From an uncultured Alistipes sp. (GTDB taxonomy: Bacteria > Bacteroidota > Bacteroidia > Bacteroidales > Rikenellaceae), in assembly GCA_944321965.1 (NCBI GenBank), contig CALUNH010000001.1, forward strand, positions 92,572 to 156,571: 64,000 nt of DNA, written 5' to 3'. Under the pieces are notes generated by a model that saw nothing but the letters and a program-made list of their open reading frames with translations, ran no database searches and was not told the origin of the DNA. A program made the position numbers and the translations under genes. Positions 1 to 8,834 of the stretch are shown here, piece after piece. The number at the start of each line of letters is the position of its first letter. Position 1 is the first letter of the stretch.

Positions 1-831
1 GTCCGAGTGCATCGCCGCCACGTCGAGTTTCATCCGCTTGAGCGTATGCGCCAGTTCCTTGACCTTCAGCTTCGACGACGAGAAGATGATCGTCTTCGAC
101 TCCGCCGGTTCGGCGAACAGTTCCCGGATAATCCCCAATTTCTGGCTTTCATAGCAGACGTAGGCCGACTGGTCGATCGCCTCGTTGGGTTTCGAAATCG
201 CAATGTTCACCTCCGCGGGGTTCCGCAGGATCGTCTTCGCCAACTCGCGGATCTTCGGCGGAAGCGTCGCCGAAAACATGATCGTCTGACGCTCACGGGG
301 CAGATAGGAGATGATCTTCATGATGTCGTCGCTGAAGCCCATGTCCAGCATCCGGTCCGCCTCGTCGAGAATCAGGCACTCCACGTGCGAAAGGTCCACG
401 TGGCTGTTCTGCAGGTGCGAGATCATCCGGCCCGGCGTGGCGATCACCACGTCCGAACCGTTCAGCATCCCGTTCTTCTGCAGGTCCCAGCCCTTGCCGT
501 CGCCGCCCCCGTAGACCACCGTCGTCGAGATCGGCGCATAATACGAAAAACCCTGGAACTGCTGGTCGATCTGCAACGCCAGCTCGCGCGTCGGAACGAT
601 GATCAGCGACTTCACCACATTCTCCTCGTTGCCCTCCAGCAGCAGCCGGTTCAGCAGCGGAAGCGTATAGGCCGCCGTCTTGCCCGTACCGGTCTGCGCA
701 CAGCCGATCAGGTCGCGCCCTTCGAGGATCACCGGGATGGTGTGCTCCTGAACGGGCGTCATTTCGTAAAAATTCATATCTTCGAGACCGTCGAGGATCT
801 CATCCTCCAGGTCCAGTTCGTCAAAACGCAT
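1..831 (-). CDS. DEAD/DEAH-box RNA helicase (RhlE/DeaD-like), 3' part beyond the left edge
   Basis: Not in the ORF track; translated by hand from ATG at 831: MRFDELDLEDEILDGLEDMNFYEMTPVQEHTIP...AQTGTGKT (motif I)...LILDEADRMLDMGF (DEAD motif). Confidence 0.93.
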   Translation of the reverse strand, partial: MRFDELDLEDEILDGLEDMNFYEMTPVQEHTIPVILEGRDLIGCAQTGTGKTAAYTLPLLNRLLLEGNEENVVKSLIIVPTRELALQIDQQFQGFSYYAPISTTVVYGGGDGKGWDLQKNGMLNGSDVVIATPGRMISHLQNSHVDLSHVECLILDEADRMLDMGFSDDIMKIISYLPRERQTIMFSATLPPKIRELAKTILRNPAEVNIAISKPNEAIDQSAYVCYESQKLGIIRELFAEPAESKTIIFSSSKLKVKELAHTLKRMKLDVAAMHSD

Positions 832-865
832 CGATTTTCGTGTTTTTATATTTTTCCATTCATTC

Positions 866-2215
866 TCACATGGCCTCGCCGAAGAGCGTCGCCGCCGTGC
901 AGCCCGTAATGCGCACCCGCACGTATTCGCCCACGCGATGGTCGCCCCGGTCGAAAACCACCACCTTGTTCTGCGACGTGCGCCCCGACAACTGGTTCGG
1001 ATTGCGCTTCGACGCACCCTCGACCAGCACCTCGAACTCCCGCCCCACGTCGCGGCGGTAGCTTGCCAGTCCCAGCTCGTTCTGCAGCGCGATGATCTCC
1101 TGCAGCCGCCGCGACTTCACCTCCTCGGGCACGCCGTCGACCAGGTGTTTCGCGGCAAAGGTCCCCGGGCGCTCCGAATACTTGAACATGTAGGCGAAGT
1201 CGTAGCCCACCTCGCGCATCAGCGACAGCGTCTCGCGATGCTCCTCCTCGGTCTCGCCCGAGAAGCCCGCAATGAGGTCCGTCGTGATCGAGCAATCCGG
1301 CATGTAGCGCCGGATGGCGGCAATGCGGTCGAGGTACCATTCGCGCGTGTATTTGCGGTTCATGCGTTCGAGCATCGCCGTCGAGCCAGACTGCGCCGGA
1401 AGGTGGATCGACCGGCAGATGTTCGGCATCGAAGCCATCGTTTCGAGCAGGCGGTCGCTCATGTCCTTGGGGTGCGACGTGGCGAAACGAACGCGAAGCA
1501 GCGGCGAAATCTCCGCCACGCGCCGCAGCAGCTCCGGAAAGTCCACATCCCCCGTGCGGTAGGAGTTGACGTTCTGCCCCAGAAGCGTCACCTCCCGGTA
1601 GCCGTTGTCGAAAAGGCTCCGGGCCTCGGCGACGATCGTCGAGGCCTCACGGCTCCGCTCGCGGCCCCGCGTGTAGGGGACCACGCAGTAGGAGCAGAAG
1701 TTGTTGCAGCCACGCATGATCGCCACAAAGGCGCTCACGCCGTTGCGGTCCAGGCGAACGGGAGCCACCTCGGCGTAGGTCTCCTCCGTCGAGAGGAGGA
1801 CGTTCACCCCCTTGCCGCCCGCCTCGGCCTCGCGAACCAGGCGCGGCAGGTCCCGGTAGGCGTCCGGACCCGCCACGACATCCACCCCCGAAGGTCCTTC
1901 GAGCAGCTTCTCGCGCAGCCGTTCGGCCATGCAGCCCAGGATTCCCACGATCAGCCCCGGGTGTCGGCGGCGCAGACCCCTCATCTCGGCCAGGCGCCCC
2001 CAGATGCGCTGTTCGGCATTGTCGCGGATCGAGCACGTGTTGATCAGGATGATATCCGCCTCGTCGATCCGCTCCGTATAGACGTATCCCTCCTGCTGCA
2101 TCAGCGAGACCACGATCTCCGTATCGCCGACATTCATCTGGCAGCCGTAGGTCTCGATAAAGAGTTTTTTCCCTTCGCCCTGAAGCGGGCGCAGTGTATT
2201 CGTACTTATTTCCAT
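866..2215 (-). CDS. miaB: tRNA-2-methylthio-N6-dimethylallyladenosine synthase MiaB
   Basis: ETYGCQMN and NTCSIRDNAE N-terminal motifs, radical SAM CNNFCSYC, C-terminal TRAM domain. Alternative start at 2230. Confidence 0.95.
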   Translation of the reverse strand: MEISTNTLRPLQGEGKKLFIETYGCQMNVGDTEIVVSLMQQEGYVYTERIDEADIILINTCSIRDNAEQRIWGRLAEMRGLRRRHPGLIVGILGCMAERLREKLLEGPSGVDVVAGPDAYRDLPRLVREAEAGGKGVNVLLSTEETYAEVAPVRLDRNGVSAFVAIMRGCNNFCSYCVVPYTRGRERSREASTIVAEARSLFDNGYREVTLLGQNVNSYRTGDVDFPELLRRVAEISPLLRVRFATSHPKDMSDRLLETMASMPNICRSIHLPAQSGSTAMLERMNRKYTREWYLDRIAAIRRYMPDCSITTDLIAGFSGETEEEHRETLSLMREVGYDFAYMFKYSERPGTFAAKHLVDGVPEEVKSRRLQEIIALQNELGLASYRRDVGREFEVLVEGASKRNPNQLSGRTSQNKVVVFDRGDHRVGEYVRVRITGCTAATLFGEAM

Positions 2216-2321
2216 CGTTTTCCGTTTCATTTACCCCTCCCCGGCGAAAGGGGCATTCCCAAACCGAAGAAAGCCCCCGGGAACGTATCCCCGCCCCGCG
2301 GTCCGGCCCCTCCGCAGCCCG

Positions 2322-3311
2322 CTACTCGGCCTGGATCTGGTTCTTGTCCGGGAACTGCTTGAAGCCCTCGCCGAAAGTCTCGTAGGCGTCGGTTACCACC
2401 ACGAATGCCCGCGGGTCGATCTCACGAATGCGGTTCTGGACCAGATGCACCTCCTTGCGGCTGATCACCAGGAAGATCACATCCTTGTCCCGGTCGGTGA
2501 ACATCCCCTTGCCTTTCAGGTAGGTGGCTCCCCGCTCCATATCCTCGATGATGAAGCGCTTGATCTCCTCGTGATGATCGCTGATGATGAACAGCAGCTT
2601 GTCGTACGACGCTCCGTCGAGCAGGTAGGCCACGACGCGCGACGAAATGTAGATCGTAATGAGCGAATAGAGCGTCAGCATCCACCCGTTCGAAGCCGCC
2701 TCGCCCGTGCCGAGACCGAAGCCGATCACCGCAAGGCCCGACAGCACCACGAATCCGTCCGCCAGGAAAATACCCGTCGAGAACTTGATCCCCGCAAACT
2801 TCTGCAACAACATCCCCACGATGTCCGTTCCGCCCGTCGTGGCCTGCTGACGAACGACAATGCCCTGGCCCACGCCGATCACGACCGCTCCGATCACACA
2901 CGTCAGCAGCAGGTCGTTCGAAAGATCCAGACGGCCGCCCAGCAGCTGCGACGGATCCAGCGACTCGACCGCTTCGGGCGTCGGGTAGACCAGCCGCGTG
3001 AGAATGTTCATGAAACCCGGCGTATAGAGCGCCGCCAGCACCGTCCGCGTCCCGAAGCCGCCGCCGAAAACCAGCATCGCAATCAGCATCAGCGGGATGT
3101 CGAACATGTAGCCGAAGGTTCCCACCTGAATCGACGGGAAAAGATTGTGCAGCACAATACCCATACCGTAAACCCCGCCCGGCACGAAATTGTAGGGATT
3201 GACGAACAACACGAACCCCGCGCCCATGACCGAACAGCCGAAGAATATCAAAAACCACGAGCGCCACCACGCCCACGACCCCATCGGTTCGAGTAATGCC
3301 TTTGTATTCAT
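2322..3311 (-). CDS. YitT family membrane protein
   Basis: PGGVYG and ATTGGTDI motifs, several TM segments, C-terminal RGAT...IDPRAFVVV. Start MNTKALL at 3311, with a -7 box on the minus strand at 3332-3339. Confidence 0.88.
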   Translation of the reverse strand: MNTKALLEPMGSWAWWRSWFLIFFGCSVMGAGFVLFVNPYNFVPGGVYGMGIVLHNLFPSIQVGTFGYMFDIPLMLIAMLVFGGGFGTRTVLAALYTPGFMNILTRLVYPTPEAVESLDPSQLLGGRLDLSNDLLLTCVIGAVVIGVGQGIVVRQQATTGGTDIVGMLLQKFAGIKFSTGIFLADGFVVLSGLAVIGFGLGTGEAASNGWMLTLYSLITIYISSRVVAYLLDGASYDKLLFIISDHHEEIKRFIIEDMERGATYLKGKGMFTDRDKDVIFLVISRKEVHLVQNRIREIDPRAFVVVTDAYETFGEGFKQFPDKNQIQAE

Positions 3312-3445
3312 ACCTCTCTCATATTGGAGTACAAAGATACGAATTTCTCCGGATTTGTGCCCATCCTGATGCTTTTTTCGGCTTCCGCTTCCGAAACCGG
3401 ATTTTTTTATTATATTTGCATAAACAACGAAACACCGAAAAAAGT

Positions 3446-4303
3446 ATGATTCTGACCATTTATACCGCCACAACCATGATTATCATCGCCTATCTGCTGG
3501 GCTCGATTCCGAGCGCCGTGTGGATCGGCAAGAAATACTACGGCATAGATATCCGCGAATACGGCTCGAAAAACGCCGGTACGACAAACATGCTCCGCGT
3601 CCTCGGACGACGGGCCGCGGCTCCGGTCTTCGCCCTTGACTTCCTCAAGGGATTCGTCGCCGTCACGATCATCGAACTCATGCAGTACGATGACCTGATC
3701 GGCGCTAATGACCTCATAAACCTCAAGATCGGAGCCGTATTTGCCGCCGTCCTCGGACATATCTTCCCCGTCTTCGCAGGGTTCCGCGGCGGAAAGGGAG
3801 TCGCTACGCTCGTCGGAGCCGTGACGGGAATCTATCCCCCCGTGGCATTGCTCTGCTTCGGAGTCTGGCTCGTCGTCCTGATGACGTTCCACTACGTCTC
3901 CCTCGCCTCGATGATCGCAGGCTGCAGCTTCCCGGTATTCACCCTCATATCGCCCAAAGTCAACGGATCGATCCCGTTCGTCGTTTTTTCCTTCGTCATC
4001 GCCATCCTGCTCATCTACACCCACCGCAAGAATATCGAACGTCTCAAAGCTGGAACCGAATCGAAAATCTACATCTGGAAACCGCGGCGCGTGAAGATCG
4101 TCGACGGAAAAGTCGCGGTCGACGAGTCCGACAAGGACCCCGATGAGGTGATAACCGCGGTAATGGAACCGGAGAAGAGTACCGAGTCGCCCGAAGACAA
4201 TGCCGCGGAATCCGAAAAAACGCCGGCTCCGGACCCAGACCCGGCTAAGGACCCGGGATCGAAAAAAATACCGCCCCAAAAAACCGGGAAAACCTCGAAA
4301 TAG
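3446..4303 (+). CDS. plsY: Glycerol-3-phosphate acyltransferase PlsY with acidic/Pro-rich C-terminal extension
   Basis: YLLGSIP, DIREYGSKNAGTTN, GHIFPVFAGFRGGKGVAT, HRKNIERL motifs; TATATTTG box at 3411-3418. Confidence 0.93.
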   Translation: MILTIYTATTMIIIAYLLGSIPSAVWIGKKYYGIDIREYGSKNAGTTNMLRVLGRRAAAPVFALDFLKGFVAVTIIELMQYDDLIGANDLINLKIGAVFAAVLGHIFPVFAGFRGGKGVATLVGAVTGIYPPVALLCFGVWLVVLMTFHYVSLASMIAGCSFPVFTLISPKVNGSIPFVVFSFVIAILLIYTHRKNIERLKAGTESKIYIWKPRRVKIVDGKVAVDESDKDPDEVITAVMEPEKSTESPEDNAAESEKTPAPDPDPAKDPGSKKIPPQKTGKTSK

Positions 4304-4324
4304 ACCCGATTCCGGCCGGCGTCC

Positions 4325-4470
4325 GAGAGGTCCGAGGTATGAGAGGTCCGAGGTATGAGAGGTCCGAGGTATGAGAGGTCCGAGGTATGAGAGGTCCGAG
4401 GTATGAGAGGGCCGAGGTATGAGGGCCGAGGTATGAGGGCCGAGGTATGAGGGCCGAGGTATGAGGGCCG
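4325..4470. repeat. Intergenic minisatellite: 5x GAGAGGTCCGAGGTAT, 1x GAGAGGGCCGAGGTAT, 3.5x GAGGGCCGAGGTAT
   Basis: Units read directly; head-to-tail with no spacers. Confidence 0.97.
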
Positions 4471-4589
4471 ACCCGAACCGTTCCGAACCTGCTCGTGATC
4501 AGTTGCGGGCCGTGGAGCCCGGGTCCGCTCCGGAACCCGCCCCCCCCGAAAATGACATCTGTTCCTAAAACAACTCGAAATATCTACCC

Positions 4590-6290
4590 ATGTTACAGGA
4601 AAATCTACTGAAAATATACGAGAAGAGTTTCCGCGAAAACCGCGAAATGTCGGCCCTGACCGACTACTTCAAAAACGAAACCTTCTCCTATTATGAAATG
4701 GCCAAGGAGATCGCAAAACTCCATCTCCTCTTCAAGAAGGCCGGAATCAAACAGGGCGACAAAATCGCACTCATCGGACGCAACAATCCCCGCTGGTGCA
4801 TCACCTATCTGGCCACGATCACCTACGGCGCCGTCATCGTCCCCATCCTCCAGGACTTCACCCCGGCCGACGTCATCCACATCATCAACCACTCCGAAAG
4901 CCGTCTGCTCTTCCTCGGAGACAACTTCTGGGACGTCATCGAAGAGGACCAGATCCGACAAATCGAAGCCGTCTTCTCACTCACCGACTTCCACGCCATC
5001 TACGAACGCGACGGAAAGGCCCTCACCAAATTCCAGCGCGACATCCTCAAGAACTACCGGTCGAAATATCCCCGCGGATTCAGCGTCAACGACATCAAGT
5101 ATCCCGACGTCCCCAACGACCGCGTCATCCTGCTGAACTACACATCCGGAACCACCGGATACTCCAAGGGCGTGATGCTCACGGTCAACAACCTCACCGG
5201 AAACGTCGTATTCGCCATGTCGGCGCTCAATACCCAGACCGGACAGCTCTACTTCCAGCGCGGCGGCCGAACCCTGTCGTTCCTGCCCCTGGCCCATGCC
5301 TACGGCTGCGCCTTCGACTTCCTCGCACCGATGGCCGTCGGAGGACACATCACCCTGCTGGGAAGGATCCCCTCGCCCAAGATCCTCATCGAGGCCATGG
5401 CCGTCGTCAAACCCACAATCATCTGCTGCGTGCCGATGATCCTCGAAAAGGTGTACCGCAAGCAGGTCCTCCCCATGCTCGAAAAGGGACCCATGTCCAT
5501 CGCCATGAAGATCCCCCTGCTCAATTCGGCCATCTACTCCGTCATCCGCAAGAAACTCATGGATGCCTTCGGCGGAAACGTCTCGATCTTCATCGTCGGC
5601 GGAGCCCCCATGAACCAGGAGACCGAATCCTTCCTGCGCAAGATCCACTTCCCGATCACCATCGGTTACGGAATGACCGAATGCGCCCCGCTCATCAGCT
5701 TCTCGCCCGACAACGAATTCAAACAGTCCTCCTGCGGCCGCTACCTCAAAGGGTTGCTCGAAGTCAGGATCGACTCCTCCGACCCGGAGCACGTCGCCGG
5801 GGAGATCCTCGTCCGCGGCGAGCACGTCATGAAGGGGTATTACAAAAACGACAAGGCCACCGAAAAGGTCCTCGACCCCGACGGATGGCTCCATACCGGC
5901 GACATGGGAACCATGGACCCCGACGGCACACTCTACATCCGCGGCCGCTCGAAGACCATGATCCTCTCGGGCAACGGGCAGAACATCTATCCCGAAGAGA
6001 TCGAGGACAAGCTCAACAACATGTATCTCGTCCTCGAATCCCTGGTCCTCGATGCCGGAAACGGAAAACTCAAGGCCCTGGTGGTCCCGGACTACGAACT
6101 GGCCGACTCCGAAGGGGTCGACAAGGCCGACCTCCCGCAGGTCATGCAGAAGAACCTCCAGGAGCTGAACACCCAGCTGGCCGCCTACGAGCGCGTCTCC
6201 GACATCGTGATCTACCCCACGGAGTTCGAGAAAACCCCCAAGCGCAGCATCAAACGCTATCTCTACGAGCCCTCGCTGCTCAACAAGTAA
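4590..6290 (+). CDS. Long-chain fatty acid-CoA ligase (AMP-binding)
   Basis: YTSGTTGYSKG, GYGMTE and WLHTGD adenylate-forming motifs. Confidence 0.9.
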   Translation: MLQENLLKIYEKSFRENREMSALTDYFKNETFSYYEMAKEIAKLHLLFKKAGIKQGDKIALIGRNNPRWCITYLATITYGAVIVPILQDFTPADVIHIINHSESRLLFLGDNFWDVIEEDQIRQIEAVFSLTDFHAIYERDGKALTKFQRDILKNYRSKYPRGFSVNDIKYPDVPNDRVILLNYTSGTTGYSKGVMLTVNNLTGNVVFAMSALNTQTGQLYFQRGGRTLSFLPLAHAYGCAFDFLAPMAVGGHITLLGRIPSPKILIEAMAVVKPTIICCVPMILEKVYRKQVLPMLEKGPMSIAMKIPLLNSAIYSVIRKKLMDAFGGNVSIFIVGGAPMNQETESFLRKIHFPITIGYGMTECAPLISFSPDNEFKQSSCGRYLKGLLEVRIDSSDPEHVAGEILVRGEHVMKGYYKNDKATEKVLDPDGWLHTGDMGTMDPDGTLYIRGRSKTMILSGNGQNIYPEEIEDKLNNMYLVLESLVLDAGNGKLKALVVPDYELADSEGVDKADLPQVMQKNLQELNTQLAAYERVSDIVIYPTEFEKTPKRSIKRYLYEPSLLNK

Positions 6291-6322
6291 ACGACGGTCC
6301 GCTGGCAACCCCCGCACCCCGC

Positions 6323-6355
6323 AAAAAGCCCGGTTTGCAGATACCGGGCTTTTTT
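6323..6355 (+). terminator. Intrinsic terminator
   Basis: AAAAAGCCCGGT-loop-ACCGGGCTTTTTT after the acyl-CoA ligase stop. Confidence 0.85.
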
Positions 6356-6370
6356 CCCTATCTTTGTTCC

Positions 6371-7441
6371 ATGAAAATCTTCCGCAAACAAGCCATAGGC
6401 GAAAACCTCCTCTATCTGATGGTCTGGGCCGCCATCTTCCTGGTCCCCGTGCTCAACTCCCAGATGATGTCCGAAATGCACATCAATCTGGAAAACGTGC
6501 TGATCGCCTGGCGCCAGATCGCTCCCTACTTCGTCATATTCCTCATCCACAATGCGGTCCTCGCCCCAAGGTACATGCTCCGCAGAAAATACTGGAAATA
6601 CCTCCTCAGCGACCTCGCCCTGATCATCGGCGTTTTCTGGCTCGTCCAGATCTACGAGGAGCACCTCGCCGACAACCTCATCGCTCAGACCAGCATCAAC
6701 GTCTCCGAAGCATACCGGCAGGCCTCGTTCTCAAACCTCGAAGTCTACTGGAACGTCATCCTCGGATTCTTCATGACCGGAGCCAACACCGGAATCAAAC
6801 TCATCTACCAGTCCATGCGCGACGAACAGCAGATGGAAGCCCTCAAACGGCAGAACCTCCAGGCCGAAATGGATTATCTGAAGTATCAGATCAACCCCCA
6901 TTTCTTCATGAATACCCTCAACAACATCCATGCACTGATCGATATCGATGCCGAATCGGCCAAAAGCGCCGTGATCGAACTCTCGAAGATGATGCGATAC
7001 GTCCTCTACGACTCGGGACACGAACTCATCTCCCTGAACCGCGACATCCAGTTCCTGGAAAACTACATCGAACTGATGCGGATCCGATACACCGACGACG
7101 TGGATATCCGGCTGGAGTATCCGCATGACCTGCCCGAACAGGTCTCGATCCCGCCCCTGCTGCTCATCGTATTCGTGGAGAACGCCTTCAAGCACGGAAT
7201 CAGCTACAACCACCCCTCGTTCATCCGCATCCGCGTCGGATACGCCGACGAAAAGGTCTTCGCTGCCATCGAAAACAGCCGCCATACCGCACCCGAAAAA
7301 CACCACGAAGCCGGAATCGGACTCGAAAACGTCCGAAAACGGCTCTCGCTCATCTACGGCGAAAAGGGCTATTCCCTGGAGATCCTCGAAGCCGAAACAA
7401 CCTATACCGTCAACCTCGAAATCCCGACTCTCCATGCTTAA
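6371..7441 (+). CDS. LytS/YehU-family sensor histidine kinase
   Basis: N-terminal TM segments; LKYQINPHFFMNTLNNI, VENAFKHG, GIGLENVRKRL. Real start MKIFRK at 6371, after TATCTTTG (6359-6366). Confidence 0.92.
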   Translation: MKIFRKQAIGENLLYLMVWAAIFLVPVLNSQMMSEMHINLENVLIAWRQIAPYFVIFLIHNAVLAPRYMLRRKYWKYLLSDLALIIGVFWLVQIYEEHLADNLIAQTSINVSEAYRQASFSNLEVYWNVILGFFMTGANTGIKLIYQSMRDEQQMEALKRQNLQAEMDYLKYQINPHFFMNTLNNIHALIDIDAESAKSAVIELSKMMRYVLYDSGHELISLNRDIQFLENYIELMRIRYTDDVDIRLEYPHDLPEQVSIPPLLLIVFVENAFKHGISYNHPSFIRIRVGYADEKVFAAIENSRHTAPEKHHEAGIGLENVRKRLSLIYGEKGYSLEILEAETTYTVNLEIPTLHA

Positions 7442-8174
7442 GTGTATCGCCATCGACGACGAACCCCTGGCTCTGCGCCAAATCGCCGCCTACATCGCCA
7501 AAATCCCCTACCTGGAACTCGTCGCACGGTTCAACAACGCCATCGAGGCCCAGCAACGGCTCGCCGCCGAGAAGATCGACCTGATCTTCGTGGACATCAA
7601 CATGCCCGACCTGAACGGTGTGGAATTCGTCCGCGGGCTCATCGACCGCCCCATGGTCGTCTTCACGACCGCCTACTCCGAATACGCCGTCGAAGGCTTC
7701 AAACTCGATGCCGTGGACTACCTGCTCAAGCCCTTCAGCTTCGCGGATTTCAGCCGCGCCGCCGCCAAGGCAAACTCGCTCTACGAACTGCGCCACAACC
7801 AGCGCCCGCCCCAGGAATCCGACTCCGAAGCCCTGCCCAGGGACCGGGAGTACATCTCGGTGAAGGCCGACTACAAGGTCTCGCTCGTGAAGATCGCCGA
7901 CATCGTCTACATCGAAAGCGAAGGCGAATACGTCCGGATGCACCTCGCGGACGGTACGGCCATCACCACGCTCTTCCGGCTCAAGAACATGGAAACGGCG
8001 CTCCCGGCAGACTCCTTCATGCGCGTGCACCGCTCCTACATCGTCAACCTGCGGGCCATCCGCTCCTACATCAAGGGGCGCATCTACCTGAACGATACGG
8101 AGTACATTCCGATCGGCGAAATCTACAAGGAGGCTTTCCAGGAGTATATCCGCAAGAATTTCCGGAACCTCTGA
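7434..8174 (+). CDS. LytTR-family response regulator
   Basis: MLKCIAIDDEPLA, DINMP, DYLLKP, FMRVHRSYIVN; overlaps the kinase stop. Confidence 0.94.
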   Translation: MLKCIAIDDEPLALRQIAAYIAKIPYLELVARFNNAIEAQQRLAAEKIDLIFVDINMPDLNGVEFVRGLIDRPMVVFTTAYSEYAVEGFKLDAVDYLLKPFSFADFSRAAAKANSLYELRHNQRPPQESDSEALPRDREYISVKADYKVSLVKIADIVYIESEGEYVRMHLADGTAITTLFRLKNMETALPADSFMRVHRSYIVNLRAIRSYIKGRIYLNDTEYIPIGEIYKEAFQEYIRKNFRNL

Positions 8175-8303
8175 CGGGGGGGGGAAATCTGACGGGAGGG
8201 GGAGGCGAGGTGAGAGAATGGGATGCGGCGGGAGCGGCCCGGGCCGGGTCAACGGGAAAAAGCGACGGGGCGGCTCGATGTATAAGGAAGAAGGGCCGGT
8301 GGC

Positions 8304-8783
8304 TCAGGGCCGGGCGTCTGCGGTCGGGCCCTGCTCTTCGCAGAGGCGGGGAAAAGAGTCCAGCCGGATGTACTCCCCGTCGCGCAGTTCGCAACAGTAG
8401 TGGCACAGGCCGTTGGTCAGCACCACGTAGCGCGCCCCCAGCACCGAATTGTAACGGACGGCCTGCGCAAGCGTCCGACCGTCGATCTTTACATGCGGAG
8501 CCTTGCACTCGGCAAGCAGCAGCGGCCGCGCGGAATCGTCCACAACCACCACATCGGCCCGCTGCGGCTGTCCGTTGAGCGGTACGGCATACTCCTGCAC
8601 GATGCGCGTGGGCTGAGCCCCGCAACGGGCAACCAGGCAGGCGATCAAATGCTGGCGAACCCACTCCTCGGGAGTGAGAACCAGATAGATACCTCGCAGG
8701 GAATCCCACACTTCAACCGCCCCGTCCCGACGGCGGGCCCGCAGCCGGATGGGTGGAAAATTGAGTTTGGGAAGTCCGTTCAT
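8304..8783 (-). CDS. Stand-alone type I restriction HsdR N-terminal domain protein (HSDR_N_2-like)
   Basis: LNFP...LTPEEWVRQH...RADVVV...ECKAP...QAVRYN...LTNG, a PD-(D/E)xK pattern; start MNGLPK at 8783. Confidence 0.85.
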   Translation of the reverse strand: MNGLPKLNFPPIRLRARRRDGAVEVWDSLRGIYLVLTPEEWVRQHLIACLVARCGAQPTRIVQEYAVPLNGQPQRADVVVVDDSARPLLLAECKAPHVKIDGRTLAQAVRYNSVLGARYVVLTNGLCHYCCELRDGEYIRLDSFPRLCEEQGPTADARP

Positions 8784-8834
8784 CGCAGTCTCAAAAAAAT
8801 TCCGTATCTTTACCGGACACAAATATACGAACTT

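Noticed and set aside
4325-4470. Possible CRISPR array
   Set aside because: Units are 14-16 bp, head-to-tail with no unique spacers, and there are no cas genes.
4796-6370. Long N-terminal extensions in the ORF track (histidine kinase from 4796, asnB from 19011, GH2 from 8400, etc.)
   Set aside because: They overlap upstream genes or terminators; downstream ATGs fit promoters and family N-termini better.
8304-8783. Type I restriction-modification or defence system
   Set aside because: Only a ~160-aa HsdR_N domain with no hsdM/hsdS or helicase; solitary copies are common in Bacteroidota core regions.
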